This document shows, in pieces, positions 48,213-57,571 of a stretch of DNA of 64,000 bases. The DNA is from Candidatus Norongarragalinales archaeon (lineage in GTDB: Archaea; Micrarchaeota; Micrarchaeia; Norongarragalinales; Norongarragalinaceae), in contig JAWABJ010000001.1 in NCBI GenBank assembly GCA_038884755.1, positions 19,856 to 83,855 of the forward strand, given 5' to 3'. The translations under genes and the position numbers were made by a program. The notes beneath the pieces were generated by a model. The model was not told the DNA's origin. It made no database searches and worked only from the letters and a program-made list of their open reading frames with translations. How positions within the stretch are numbered: position 1 is the stretch's first letter; the number at the start of each line of letters is the position of its first letter.

Positions 48213-48926
48213 ATGCCAAAATCGGAAGGTCCGCGACTCGAATTTGTGGAATTGTTTCCTCACGTTGGCTTGAAATCTCGTGGTAGGGTAAAGCAAGCAC
48301 TAACCTCGTTTTTAAACCACCATTCGGAAGAGCAGGCGAAAAGACTAGCAGCTTTTATTGGCGCGCACGTGTTGCACGGAAAAAGATTGAATCAAGAACG
48401 AGTAACGAGTTTTTACAAGCACGTTGGATTTTTCATTGAAAACCCTCAAGCTGTTGACGCAGTTCGAACTCTTGTCGGAGAGGCAAATGCGGTTGTTGGA
48501 AGCATGAACGCGTTCAAGAGAGACATGCAGCTATCCAAGGCAGAAGAGCGGGCGCGTCATCTACAAAGCGGGCACACTCTCGAATCTAGTTTGATAGAGT
48601 TTTCAAAACTACTTGCAAACCACTTGTCGAGCTACGGCGTCAGCGAGCAAGCCCTAAACCATTTTGCTCCTAAAGATCCCGTTGCAATCATGAGGACGCT
48701 TACTCTAGCCCGAGTTGATAGAAAGCACTTTCGAGGCCGAGAAGATGCGATAGCATGTAATCCGTTAGAAAAAGACCGGCGCGAGAGCTGGAAGTATTAC
48801 TTGAACCAAAAATTTTCCAAGGGCATTTCTCAACGTTTGTCTAATCTTTTTGAAAACTCTAAGTCTTTCTTTCCCGTGGTTTTAAGCAAAAAAGCAAAGC
48901 CAAAACAATACGGCTTGTTTGATTAG
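48213..48926 (+). CDS. Hypothetical ORFan inserted between rpl11 and rpl1
   Basis: 237-aa ORF, no recognisable motif, visibly more AT-rich. Confidence 0.55.
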   Translation: MPKSEGPRLEFVELFPHVGLKSRGRVKQALTSFLNHHSEEQAKRLAAFIGAHVLHGKRLNQERVTSFYKHVGFFIENPQAVDAVRTLVGEANAVVGSMNAFKRDMQLSKAEERARHLQSGHTLESSLIEFSKLLANHLSSYGVSEQALNHFAPKDPVAIMRTLTLARVDRKHFRGREDAIACNPLEKDRRESWKYYLNQKFSKGISQRLSNLFENSKSFFPVVLSKKAKPKQYGLFD

Positions 48927-49012
48927 GCCTAAGCCAAACGCTAGGGAAGTTTCGCTAGGGAAAAGGTTTTAAATCCCCGGGCGAAAGTTATTTTCTGCTC
49001 GTTTTCCCGTTA

Positions 49013-49135
49013 CTGGCGAAAGCTTAAGCCTGAGCTTTCGCAAATCACTGTCTTCGAGTGAAGCCAGGAGGGGCGGCAAAGCTTTGCTTTGCAACTGCTT
49101 TAAGGAAAACCGGGTTTCCACAGAGCTTAAAGTGC
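49013..49135 (+). promoter_or_regulatory. Structured leader upstream of rpl1-P0-P1
   Basis: Four consecutive hairpins after a TTTTAAAT element near 48967. Confidence 0.45.
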
Positions 49136-49141
49136 ATTAAA

Positions 49142-49798
49142 ATGGTTTTGCTGGACAAGAAGAGTGCGGACAATGCTTTAGCCGAAGCTATCGCGCAAAA
49201 GGGCGAGAAGAAGTTCGTGCAAAGCATCGACCTAGCAATTAATTTTCAGGACGTCGATTTCAAGAAGCAAGAGGGGAGGATAAACCTCGAAGTCATTCTC
49301 CCGTTCGAGCCCAAACCTTCGCGCGTTTGCGTTTTCGCCGACGGCCAGCAGGGGCTGGATGCGAAGAAGGCCGGGGCGGATTTGGTGGTTTCTTCAGCCG
49401 AGATAGACTCTTACGCGAAGGACAAGAAAAAACTCGGCGAGCTTTTGGAGTACTCGTTGCTTGCAGTGCCGCAGCTCATGGTTCCCATTGGAAAGTCCTT
49501 GGGCAAAGTGCTGGGCGCGAGGGGAAAAACGCCGAAACCCATTCCGCCGAATGCGAACTTGCAGAATTTGGTTTCTTCGGCAAAGCGCAGCTTGACGCTC
49601 AAGGCGAAGGGAAAATTCCTTCCCAGCGTGCACTGCATCGTGGGCAAGGAAAACATGCCCCGAGAGCAAATTTTGGAGAACATTCTCGCCGTTTTCGCTG
49701 CAATAGAGCGGCAGGGTTTCGACAAGAACGTGAAAAGCGTTTTCGTCAAGACGACTATGGGCAAGCCCGTGAAGCTGGGCGCGGCGAAAGCAGCGTAA
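49142..49798 (+). CDS. rpl1: 50S ribosomal protein L1
   Basis: KFVQSIDLAINF, LGKVLGARGK.P.P, VKTTMG. Confidence 0.95.
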   Translation: MVLLDKKSADNALAEAIAQKGEKKFVQSIDLAINFQDVDFKKQEGRINLEVILPFEPKPSRVCVFADGQQGLDAKKAGADLVVSSAEIDSYAKDKKKLGELLEYSLLAVPQLMVPIGKSLGKVLGARGKTPKPIPPNANLQNLVSSAKRSLTLKAKGKFLPSVHCIVGKENMPREQILENILAVFAAIERQGFDKNVKSVFVKTTMGKPVKLGAAKAA

Positions 49799-49811
49799 AG
49801 GGTCGTAAAAA

Positions 49812-50648
49812 ATGGTTTCTAAGCAGGAAAAACATGGCATCGTGCTGAAAGTCAAGGAAGAGTCTAAAAGGCATTCCGTGATTGCCGTTGCTTCGATAGA
49901 TTCGCTTCCGTCACGCAATTACAGTGCGATAAAGAAAAAGCTGCGCGGGCAGGCGGACATTGTTTTCGCTAGGCACACGCTTTTGAAAATGGCTTTGGAG
50001 GAAGGGAAGCCCGAGGCGAAGGAATTGCTTTCTTTTTTGGGCAACGGCGGGGTTTTGGTTTTTACTTCGCTTCCTGCGTTCAAGCTTTACAAGCTGTTCA
50101 AGCAGAACAAGAGCAAGTCGGCCGCAAAACCGGGACAGGTTGCTCCTTACGACATTATCATTCCCGCTGGGGAAACCAATCTTGCCCCAGGGCCAGTGCT
50201 TACCGAATTGAAACAGGCAAAAATCGACGCCAAAATCCAGGGAACAAAAGTAGTAATCGCGAAAGATGCTGTTGTGGCGAAGAAGGGCGACGTTATTTCC
50301 GACCAGGCGGCCAAGATTCTGGTAAAGCTCGGCGTGCAGCCGATGGAAATAGGCATTGACGTGAAGGCAGTTTGGGACAACGGCCTACTCTACACGCAAG
50401 ACGTTTTGGATGTGGACGAGGTTGCTTTCACCGAGAGCTTGAAGCAGGCTCACGCGCAGGCAATAAACCTCGCAGTGTTCGCGGGAATAATGAACGAAGC
50501 GACAGCGCAAATAATAATCGCCAAGGCGGCTCGCGAGGCGAACGCTTTGCAGAAACTGGTAGGCTCGAAGTCCGCCGCTCCTGCGCCGGCCGAAACTCCC
50601 GCAACGCAGGAAAGCCAGGCGACGGCGGAACCCGCCCCCGCACAGTAA
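49812..50648 (+). CDS. rpl10: 50S ribosomal protein L10 / P0
   Basis: AKPGQVAP.DIIIPAGET...PGP, KLGVQPM. Confidence 0.95.
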   Translation: MVSKQEKHGIVLKVKEESKRHSVIAVASIDSLPSRNYSAIKKKLRGQADIVFARHTLLKMALEEGKPEAKELLSFLGNGGVLVFTSLPAFKLYKLFKQNKSKSAAKPGQVAPYDIIIPAGETNLAPGPVLTELKQAKIDAKIQGTKVVIAKDAVVAKKGDVISDQAAKILVKLGVQPMEIGIDVKAVWDNGLLYTQDVLDVDEVAFTESLKQAHAQAINLAVFAGIMNEATAQIIIAKAAREANALQKLVGSKSAAPAPAETPATQESQATAEPAPAQ

Positions 50649-50677
50649 AACCGTGATTTTAGGAGTGTGAATGAAAA

Positions 50678-50971
50678 ATGAAGGACGTATACGCGGCTTT
50701 GCTCCTGCACAGTGCAGGCCAGCCCATAAGCGAGGAAAACGTCTCCAAAGTGTTGAGCGCGGCAGGCGTCAAGGAAGACGCTACGAAAGTCAAGGCGCTA
50801 GTAGCTGCTTTGGAAGGCGTTAACATCGAAGAGGCTGTGAAGCAAGCGGCTTTCGCGCCGGTTGCTGCTGCGCCCGCAGGCGAAGCCAAGAAGGAAGAGA
50901 AGAAGGACGAGGTCAGCGAAGAGAAGAAGGAAGAAGAAGCCGCTGCCGGTCTTGCTGCTTTGTTCGGTTGA
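50678..50971 (+). CDS. rpl12p: Ribosomal stalk protein P1 / L12p
   Basis: YAALLLH...[12 protein letters not shown]. Confidence 0.95.
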   Translation: MKDVYAALLLHSAGQPISEENVSKVLSAAGVKEDATKVKALVAALEGVNIEEAVKQAAFAPVAAAPAGEAKKEEKKDEVSEEKKEEEAAAGLAALFG

Positions 50972-51222
50972 AAACCCTTTTTTTTTCAGTTTTTTCAACC
51001 CGAACAATCTCAAGGCTATTCCTATTGCTATTTCTAAAACGGTTAAACTCGAAGTTTCTAAAGTGCTTTCAATAGTTTTGCAAAGCTTTCGTTAAGCTCT
51101 ATTCTCTCCTTAAGGGCTTTGAAAGGCGTGAGCCACTAGGGTTCCGAAAAGTTTTCTTTCGAGTTGTCGTGGAAAGACAATTCCGACAAGTCTTTGCACG
51201 AGCATTCTTTTCTTGAGATGGT

Positions 51223-51636
51223 TCAGCCTGCTTTGCTTGCAGGCTGGCCGGGCAAGTTCATTATGCGCGTGCGCGGCACGTTGACGGGCGCGGAAACGTT
51301 GATGCCGAAAGCCAAGAGCGTTCCAACCGTGCTCGTTATATAGTTTATAGCCATGAGCACTTCCTCGGCTATTTCGTTGGGCATTTGCTTGGTTTTCTTC
51401 CACTCTTCGGTCATTTTCTTTCTTTCCTTGTCGTCAGCCTCGGCGTAAACCACGCCTTTGATGCGCATTTTGGCGTAATTGTCCTTGTACGTAGTGGCGT
51501 GTTCGAAGTGCAGTTCCAGGCGCTTGTCGACTTCCTTCAAGTCCGTTACTTGAATGTTTATGTCGTAACCCTTGAACTCGTTTCCATCGAGCTTTTCGGC
51601 GCCCAGCGATATTACCCTTCCACCGTTTACTTTCAT
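51223..51636 (-). CDS. Conserved archaeal hypothetical protein (possible SecB-like fold)
   Basis: Beta-rich pattern F.H.T.Y....A.M.I.G, C-terminal P.N.P. Confidence 0.6.
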   Translation of the reverse strand: MKVNGGRVISLGAEKLDGNEFKGYDINIQVTDLKEVDKRLELHFEHATTYKDNYAKMRIKGVVYAEADDKERKKMTEEWKKTKQMPNEIAEEVLMAINYITSTVGTLLAFGINVSAPVNVPRTRIMNLPGQPASKAG

Positions 51637-51736
51637 CGCAATCCAAACCTCCGTTAAAATGAATGTTTTGTTGCAACAGAAACAGCTTTGCTTGGAACAA
51701 AGTGTTCGGCTTTAATTATTTGGTTGCAGCGCGTTT

Positions 51737-52411
51737 TTATAAGCTAACGGTTTCGCCCACTTTCAAAACAACGGGGTTGGTTTTGGTCGAAATGGAAACG
51801 CGCCTGGCGAAATCTTCTGCGCTTGCTTTTATTCGGTCGAAAGTGTTGTAGTGCATTGGAATAGCGTTCTTCGCGCGCATTCTCTTAAGCGAGGTTACGG
51901 CCCCGATGATGTCCATGGTAAACGTGCCCCCGATGGGCACCAACGCCGTCTTCACGTCTACGCTTGCAAGATCGTAAAAATCATAAGTGTCGCCCGCGTG
52001 GTAGAGCGTTTCTCTCCCCACGCCGATGATGTAGCCTACTGGGTATACTGATTGCGGGTGTTTTGCCGGCGTAACGCTTATTTGCGTTCCCATTAGAGTG
52101 AATGAATCGCCTTCCTGCACGGGCACGCGCGAGCGTGCCGGGACGTCGAGCAAAGCGAGGGTTTCTTCCGGCGCTACGACTTGCGCTAGCGTTCTTGATT
52201 GTATGACGCCCACGCTATAGGGGTCGCAGTGGTCGAAATGCTCGTGCGTCAGGAGAATCAAGTCGCATTTCGTGATTTGGTTGGGCGCGAGGGCGGGGGG
52301 TATCAAGCGTTCAAGCTGCCTCGGTTTAGAGTCGAGCCACGGGTCTATCAAAATAGTGCGGGGGCCCATTTCCACCAGAAAGCTCGAATGCCCGATGTAG
52401 GTTACGTTCAT
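51737..52411 (-). CDS. Metallo-beta-lactamase fold hydrolase (UPF0173-like)
   Basis: YIGHSSF, IDPW, THEHFDH, YHAGDT, PIGG.FTM, IPMHYNTF. Confidence 0.9.
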   Translation of the reverse strand: MNVTYIGHSSFLVEMGPRTILIDPWLDSKPRQLERLIPPALAPNQITKCDLILLTHEHFDHCDPYSVGVIQSRTLAQVVAPEETLALLDVPARSRVPVQEGDSFTLMGTQISVTPAKHPQSVYPVGYIIGVGRETLYHAGDTYDFYDLASVDVKTALVPIGGTFTMDIIGAVTSLKRMRAKNAIPMHYNTFDRIKASAEDFARRVSISTKTNPVVLKVGETVSL

Positions 52412-52478
52412 TTTTTTTTGCCTTTTCGAAAGTCGTTTCAGAACAATCTTTAATAGCATCCGTCCGTTAAAAAAAGGT

Positions 52479-53318
52479 ATGTCTAGGGGCGTGGTTTTCG
52501 GGCCCGGCGGAGTGCCCATACAGTGCAAGGGCGGCAGCATGGCCGAGGGCGTGCTCTTCACAAAGCGCTTGGGTTTGGGTGCGATTGAGTGGGAATTGGT
52601 TCACGGCGCCAAGGTGAAGCAGGAAACTGCTGAAAAAGTAGGCTTGGCAATAAAAGAAACGCGATTGCGTTTGAGCGCTCACGCGCCTTACTACATTTCA
52701 CTTATTTCCCACGAGCATCCCAAACGCAAGAAAAGCTACGAGTACGTTTTGGATACTGCCAGGGCGGTGCACTATGCTGGCGGAGGGCGGGTGGTTTTTC
52801 ATCCTGGCTTTTACGGGAAGTGGGACAAGAAGAAGGCGTTCGAGGAGATGAAAGGAGAATTCGTGTTTTTGCTTGAGGAAATTAAAAAACAAAAACTCAA
52901 CGCCTCGCTTTGGCCTGAAGTGACGGGAAAGCTTTCGGCTTGGGGCTCTCTGGAAGAGCTTTTGGAAATGCGCTCGCAAGTCAAAGGCATCGGGGTGTGC
53001 ATAGATTTTTCGCACGTGCACGCGCGTTCTCAAGGCGGTTTGGACTCGAAAAAGGATTTCGAGAAAACGTTCGATTTGCTTGAAAGCTATGGCCGCGGGA
53101 TTCTCGACGAAATGCACGCGCACTTCCAGAGCGTAAGGTACGGTGCGAAGGGCGAGCTTTCGCACTTGGAAATAAGCGAAGACAGCCCTCCTTGGAAGCC
53201 GTTCGTGGAGATGCTTGTCGAGAGAAATTGTGGGGGGACGATCATTTGCGAAAGCCCGGTTTTGGAGGCCGATGCGTTGCGCATGCAGAAATACTACTCT
53301 TCCCTTGCTGGAAAGTGA
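52479..53318 (+). CDS. nfo: Endonuclease IV (TIM barrel)
   Basis: FGPGG, SAHAPYYI, VFHPG, PEVTGK, CIDFSHVHAR, ICESP. Confidence 0.85.
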   Translation: MSRGVVFGPGGVPIQCKGGSMAEGVLFTKRLGLGAIEWELVHGAKVKQETAEKVGLAIKETRLRLSAHAPYYISLISHEHPKRKKSYEYVLDTARAVHYAGGGRVVFHPGFYGKWDKKKAFEEMKGEFVFLLEEIKKQKLNASLWPEVTGKLSAWGSLEELLEMRSQVKGIGVCIDFSHVHARSQGGLDSKKDFEKTFDLLESYGRGILDEMHAHFQSVRYGAKGELSHLEISEDSPPWKPFVEMLVERNCGGTIICESPVLEADALRMQKYYSSLAGK

Positions 53319-53364
53319 AAAACGCGCTCCATCTGTTTTTAAACTTTAATTCGCTATTTTTGTC

Positions 53365-54771
53365 ATGAACACTCAGGCTTGGGTAGAGCGCTTTTCCAAG
53401 TGCAAGGCGCCGAAACTAGCGGGCGTGCTTACGGCTTTCAACGCGAACGTCGACGCGATTGTTTTGGGGCTAGGGCAGCCGAACAGGGTTTTGGCTTCGC
53501 TTTCAGATTCCGAATTGGCCGAGGTCGAGAGGAAGAGCGACAGCGAGTTCAGGGAAGTGAAGACTCCCACGGATTTTTTCGCCGCTTTGCTGCATTCAGT
53601 GAAAACCGGCAAGGCTATGCACTTGCACGCTTCGCCGGGGGTTTTCGACTGGATAGGCAGTGTTTTCACCGCTGATGAAACTCGCATTGGCGGGCAGGCG
53701 GGAATAATGGCCAACCAGCTCGCCGCTTTCAACGACTCCGTGGTCGCTTACACTTCTTTGCTTTCCCCTTTGCAAGCTTCTTTCTTCGACCCTAAAGTGT
53801 GCTTTCCTTCGGCGAGCGGCAAAAAGCTAGCATGCCTTCCAGCGAAGAAGGCGGCGCGCAAGGGCGACGCCACCAAAGTGAATTGGATTTTCGAGTTCAA
53901 GTTCGGAGAGAAGATGAGAGCGAAAAGCGAATTTCATTCTCCTCGCGCCAACCGCCTAATAATATCTTCTCCAATCCACTACACCCCCGTTTTCGAAAAC
54001 GTTGACGTGAAACAACTGGCCAAAAACGCCGGAGCTGCTTTGCTTTCGGGCTTTCAACACATTCACGACTCCAAGGAATTGCCTAAGGTTTTGAAGACCA
54101 TAACCTCACAAATTTCGGAAATGAAAAAAGCGAACGCGAAAATCGCGGTGCACTGGGAGTTCGTGCCGATGGAAGACAAGAAGGCCGAAAAGCTGGTTTT
54201 GCTCGGCGTGGGGAAAGCGGTCGACAGCATGGGTCTGAATGAAGTTGAGACTGCGGAAGTGTTGAAGGCGCTTGGGGCTAAAAAGGAGGCTGACAGGCTA
54301 GGCAAGCTGGAAAATGCCTACACGCTTTACTTGGGCGGGAAAAAACTTTTGGAGTTGCTGAAGCTCAAGAGAGTGCACTTGCATTCTTTCGGCTTCCAGC
54401 TTTTGGTTTTGAGAAAGCCTTACCCCGTTGCGGTGGAAAAAGCCAGGGACTCCTTGATTTTTTCTTCCATCGTCGCCGCCCTCAAGGCGCTAAAGGGAAG
54501 CGGCTTCATTTCAAAGAAAGAGTTTGAAGACCACAAGCTCGTGCCTTCCGAAACGGGTTTCAACCAAATCCGTGCTTTGGAGGGCGGTTTGGACGAGGAA
54601 CGGGTGAAAAGGTTTTCATCGATGGAGCGGCGTTCGCTTTTGGAAAACGGCATTTTCGAGCTGAAAGATCATTACGTTATCATCGTCCCTTCTCCCATAG
54701 TTCATCCGAAAAGCACAGTAGGCTTGGGCGACGTGATTTCCAGCATGGCTTTGACTGCCGAGAGAGGCTAG
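53365..54771 (+). CDS. ADP-dependent glucokinase/phosphofructokinase
   Basis: FNANVDA, GGQAGIMAN, NWIFEF, PRANR, GLNEVE, STVGLGD. Confidence 0.9.
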   Translation: MNTQAWVERFSKCKAPKLAGVLTAFNANVDAIVLGLGQPNRVLASLSDSELAEVERKSDSEFREVKTPTDFFAALLHSVKTGKAMHLHASPGVFDWIGSVFTADETRIGGQAGIMANQLAAFNDSVVAYTSLLSPLQASFFDPKVCFPSASGKKLACLPAKKAARKGDATKVNWIFEFKFGEKMRAKSEFHSPRANRLIISSPIHYTPVFENVDVKQLAKNAGAALLSGFQHIHDSKELPKVLKTITSQISEMKKANAKIAVHWEFVPMEDKKAEKLVLLGVGKAVDSMGLNEVETAEVLKALGAKKEADRLGKLENAYTLYLGGKKLLELLKLKRVHLHSFGFQLLVLRKPYPVAVEKARDSLIFSSIVAALKALKGSGFISKKEFEDHKLVPSETGFNQIRALEGGLDEERVKRFSSMERRSLLENGIFELKDHYVIIVPSPIVHPKSTVGLGDVISSMALTAERG

Positions 54772-54775
54772 GCTT

Positions 54776-56185
54776 ATGCTTAAGCTATTCAACTCGCTTT
54801 CGCTGAAGAAGGAAAACTTCAAGCCTCTGCACGGAAAAAGCGTTTCGCTGTACTCCTGCGGGCCGACAGTATACAACTACGCCCACCTCGGAAATTTCCG
54901 GGCGTATTTGTTTTACGACTTGCTGCGGCGTTGGCTGAAGCACGAAGGTTACGCCTTGAGAAGCGTGATGAACATCACGAACGTCGACGACAAGACCATT
55001 CGCGGTTCTCACGAACAAGGCAAAACGCTCAAGGAGTTCACCGGCTTTTACGAGCAAGCGTTCTTCCAAGATTTGAATGCGCTGGGCATAATGCCTTGCG
55101 ACTATTACCCGCGGGCAACGGATTTTGTGCCGCAAATGATACAGCTTACTGAAAAGCTTTTGGACAAGGGCTATGCTTACGAGGGCGAAGACGGGAGCGT
55201 GTACTACAAAATCTCGAAATTCAAGCGCTACGGAAAGTTATCGCATTTAAACCTCGAGAAGTTGAAGGCAGGAGGAAGCGGAAGGGTTGGGGAAGACGAG
55301 TATACGAAAGAAAACGTGAGAGATTTCGCTTTGTGGAAAGCGTGGACTTCAGACGACCGAATGGTTTTTTGGGACTCTCCTTTCGGGCGCGGGCGTCCTG
55401 GATGGCACATCGAGTGCAGCGCCATGTCAATGCATTACTTGGGGGAAAGCTTCGACATCCACACTGGCGGTGTAGACTTGAAATTCCCTCATCATGAGAA
55501 CGAAATCGCACAGAGTGAAGCTGCAACGGGCAAGCGTTTCGCGAAGTACTGGCTTCACAACGAGCATTTGTTCGTGGAAGGAAGGAAAATGTCGAAGCGG
55601 TTCAACAACTTTTACACTTTGCGCGACGTGCTTGCGAAAGGCTATTCTGCGAAAGCCGTGCGCTTGTTGCTTTTATCTACTCACTACCGCTCGCAGTTGA
55701 ACTTTACCTTCAAAGCGTTGGACCACGCTGAGAACACGGTGAAAAAGCTGAGTGAATTCGCTTTCAGGCTCAAGAGCGCGAGCGGCGGCGAGGGAGACGC
55801 GAGTTTGGACAAGGTTTTGGTTCAAACGAAAAATGATTTTGCTCTTGCTTTGAACGACGATTTGGACGTGGCGAATGCGTTGGCTGCTGTTTTCGATTTC
55901 GTAAAGGAATTCAACAAGGCGATTGACAAGAACAAGCTTTCTGCTGTGCAGGCGAAAAGCGCTCTAGAGTTTTTGAGGGAGTTAGATTCAGTGTTCGGAG
56001 TCGTGGATTGGAACGCTTCTCAAGAGGTTTCTCTTGGCAAGGAGGTGGAAAAACTCGTGCAAGAAAGGGAGAAAGCGCGAAAAGCGAGAGACTTCAAGAA
56101 GGCGGACGAAATCCGCGCGTTGCTTAAAGCAAAAGGAATAGTTTTGGAGGATACCGCGAAGGGCGTGGTTTGGAAGAAAGCGTGA
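54776..56185 (+). CDS. cysS: Cysteinyl-tRNA synthetase
   Basis: CGPTVY..AHLGN, DFALWK, GRPGWHIECS, PHHENE, KMSK. Confidence 0.97.
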   Translation: MLKLFNSLSLKKENFKPLHGKSVSLYSCGPTVYNYAHLGNFRAYLFYDLLRRWLKHEGYALRSVMNITNVDDKTIRGSHEQGKTLKEFTGFYEQAFFQDLNALGIMPCDYYPRATDFVPQMIQLTEKLLDKGYAYEGEDGSVYYKISKFKRYGKLSHLNLEKLKAGGSGRVGEDEYTKENVRDFALWKAWTSDDRMVFWDSPFGRGRPGWHIECSAMSMHYLGESFDIHTGGVDLKFPHHENEIAQSEAATGKRFAKYWLHNEHLFVEGRKMSKRFNNFYTLRDVLAKGYSAKAVRLLLLSTHYRSQLNFTFKALDHAENTVKKLSEFAFRLKSASGGEGDASLDKVLVQTKNDFALALNDDLDVANALAAVFDFVKEFNKAIDKNKLSAVQAKSALEFLRELDSVFGVVDWNASQEVSLGKEVEKLVQEREKARKARDFKKADEIRALLKAKGIVLEDTAKGVVWKKA

Positions 56186-57010
56186 TTACAGGATTCCGCT
56201 TTGCTGGAGGACCATCATTTCCTCCCTGCTTATCTTTTCGCCCGCCTTCAGCCGGTCGTAAATCGCTTTCGCCTTGTTTTCCAGCTTCTTCTGCTGCGCT
56301 TGCATTATCCGAGCCTCGTTGCGCAATTCCCTCTGCCTCTCTTCCATTTCCTTGAGCTTCCTTTCTCCCACGCTTTTCACCAGCGCCTCGTGTTTTTCTT
56401 CCGCAGCGCCTTCCTTTTCCTTGAGCAGTTCCATCGATTTCGAAATGCTTTGCTGGAGTGAAGTTATGCTCTTGCTTTCGGCGATGAGCGAACCGTGAGC
56501 GGCTTGCGCCTTTTTCGAATGCTCGAGTGCCTTCTCGTGAAAGTGCTTTTCCTGTTCGATGAGCTTGCCGAGCGAAGCGCGTTCCGCAGAATAGTCTTTC
56601 AAAAGCTGTTGGAAGCCTTGCGCTTGCGGCATTTGCTTGAGCAAGTCCTTGATTTTCTTGGAAAGGTCCTTCTCTTCCTTGGGGGAAAGGTCTTCGGTTT
56701 GCAGTATCCATTCCAGCCGCTCGACTTCCTCTTGGATGGCGGCGGGGTTTCGCCCTGCCCCTTCGGAGCGCATTTTCCCGCGCATTTGCGAAAGCTTTTG
56801 CTTTGACGCGGAAATTTGCTCTTTCAGCGAATCGCGCTTGCCGCGGAATTCGTTCGCCAAAGAGTTTTCTTTATCACGCAGGACCTTGAGTTCGCTTGCC
56901 TTGGAAAAGTGCGAGCGCAGTTCGCTTATCTTGCCGCGGTTGTCCACCGAGATGGTCCTGACTTCCCGCCTGGCGGAATCGCGTTCGTGCTTTAGCTTGC
57001 CGACGTCCAT
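56186..57010 (-). CDS. Archaeal coiled-coil protein (COG1340-like)
   Basis: LEWILQT..LSPKEE, terminal LKAGEKIS..E. Confidence 0.75.
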   Translation of the reverse strand: MDVGKLKHERDSARREVRTISVDNRGKISELRSHFSKASELKVLRDKENSLANEFRGKRDSLKEQISASKQKLSQMRGKMRSEGAGRNPAAIQEEVERLEWILQTEDLSPKEEKDLSKKIKDLLKQMPQAQGFQQLLKDYSAERASLGKLIEQEKHFHEKALEHSKKAQAAHGSLIAESKSITSLQQSISKSMELLKEKEGAAEEKHEALVKSVGERKLKEMEERQRELRNEARIMQAQQKKLENKAKAIYDRLKAGEKISREEMMVLQQSGIL

Positions 57011-57051
57011 TTTACAATTGCCTTTTTTAGTGTAGAAAAAGATTTTTCCTT

Positions 57052-57471
57052 TCAGTAAGTCGAATTCGGCTTTTCTTCCGGAGGCAGTTCGAGCTCGATT
57101 TCGGTTATGATTTCGTCCAGCTCGGCCCTCTGCTTTTCGAGAACTTTCTTAATCCTGCGGATGCGCTTTTCGTTCAGCGCTATCTCGCGGTATTTCCTTG
57201 CGGCCTTGTTGAAATGCTCTATGCTGAGCGTGAAATACTCTTCCTCGTTCATGCTCATGGCTATGTCGCCGAGGATTGTTCCCAAAAGCATGTTTGCTTG
57301 CACTTTTACGTCGCGCTTGATTTGGTGCGGGTTTTTCATGTTCTGCTTGATTATTTTCACGACGCGCGCGTTGGGGAACGGCAGGTTTTCGCTTTCCGCC
57401 TCCTCTTCGCTGAGCTCTTCGTTTTCTAGCTCTTCAGCCGGCACTTGCTCTTCCTTCAATTCTTCAGCCAT
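57052..57471 (-). CDS. Histone-fold-like protein with acidic N-tail and C-terminal coiled coil
   Basis: LPFPNARVVKIIK...I..DV....N..L..I..DIA...TLSIEHF..A resembles a histone fold. Confidence 0.55.
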   Translation of the reverse strand: MAEELKEEQVPAEELENEELSEEEAESENLPFPNARVVKIIKQNMKNPHQIKRDVKVQANMLLGTILGDIAMSMNEEEYFTLSIEHFNKAARKYREIALNEKRIRRIKKVLEKQRAELDEIITEIELELPPEEKPNSTY

Positions 57472-57571
57472 GTGTAAACCACCTTGAAAAATGCCCGGGT
57501 TTTGGGAATAGTTTTTCAGTCAAAACCCTCGTGTAGAAATTAGGTCGGAGGCGGTTAAAAAACCCTTTTTT

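Noticed and set aside
51003-51223. SRP RNA
   Set aside because: No helix 8 CAGG/AGCA symmetric loop with GNRA tetraloop was found, and the region is AT-rich
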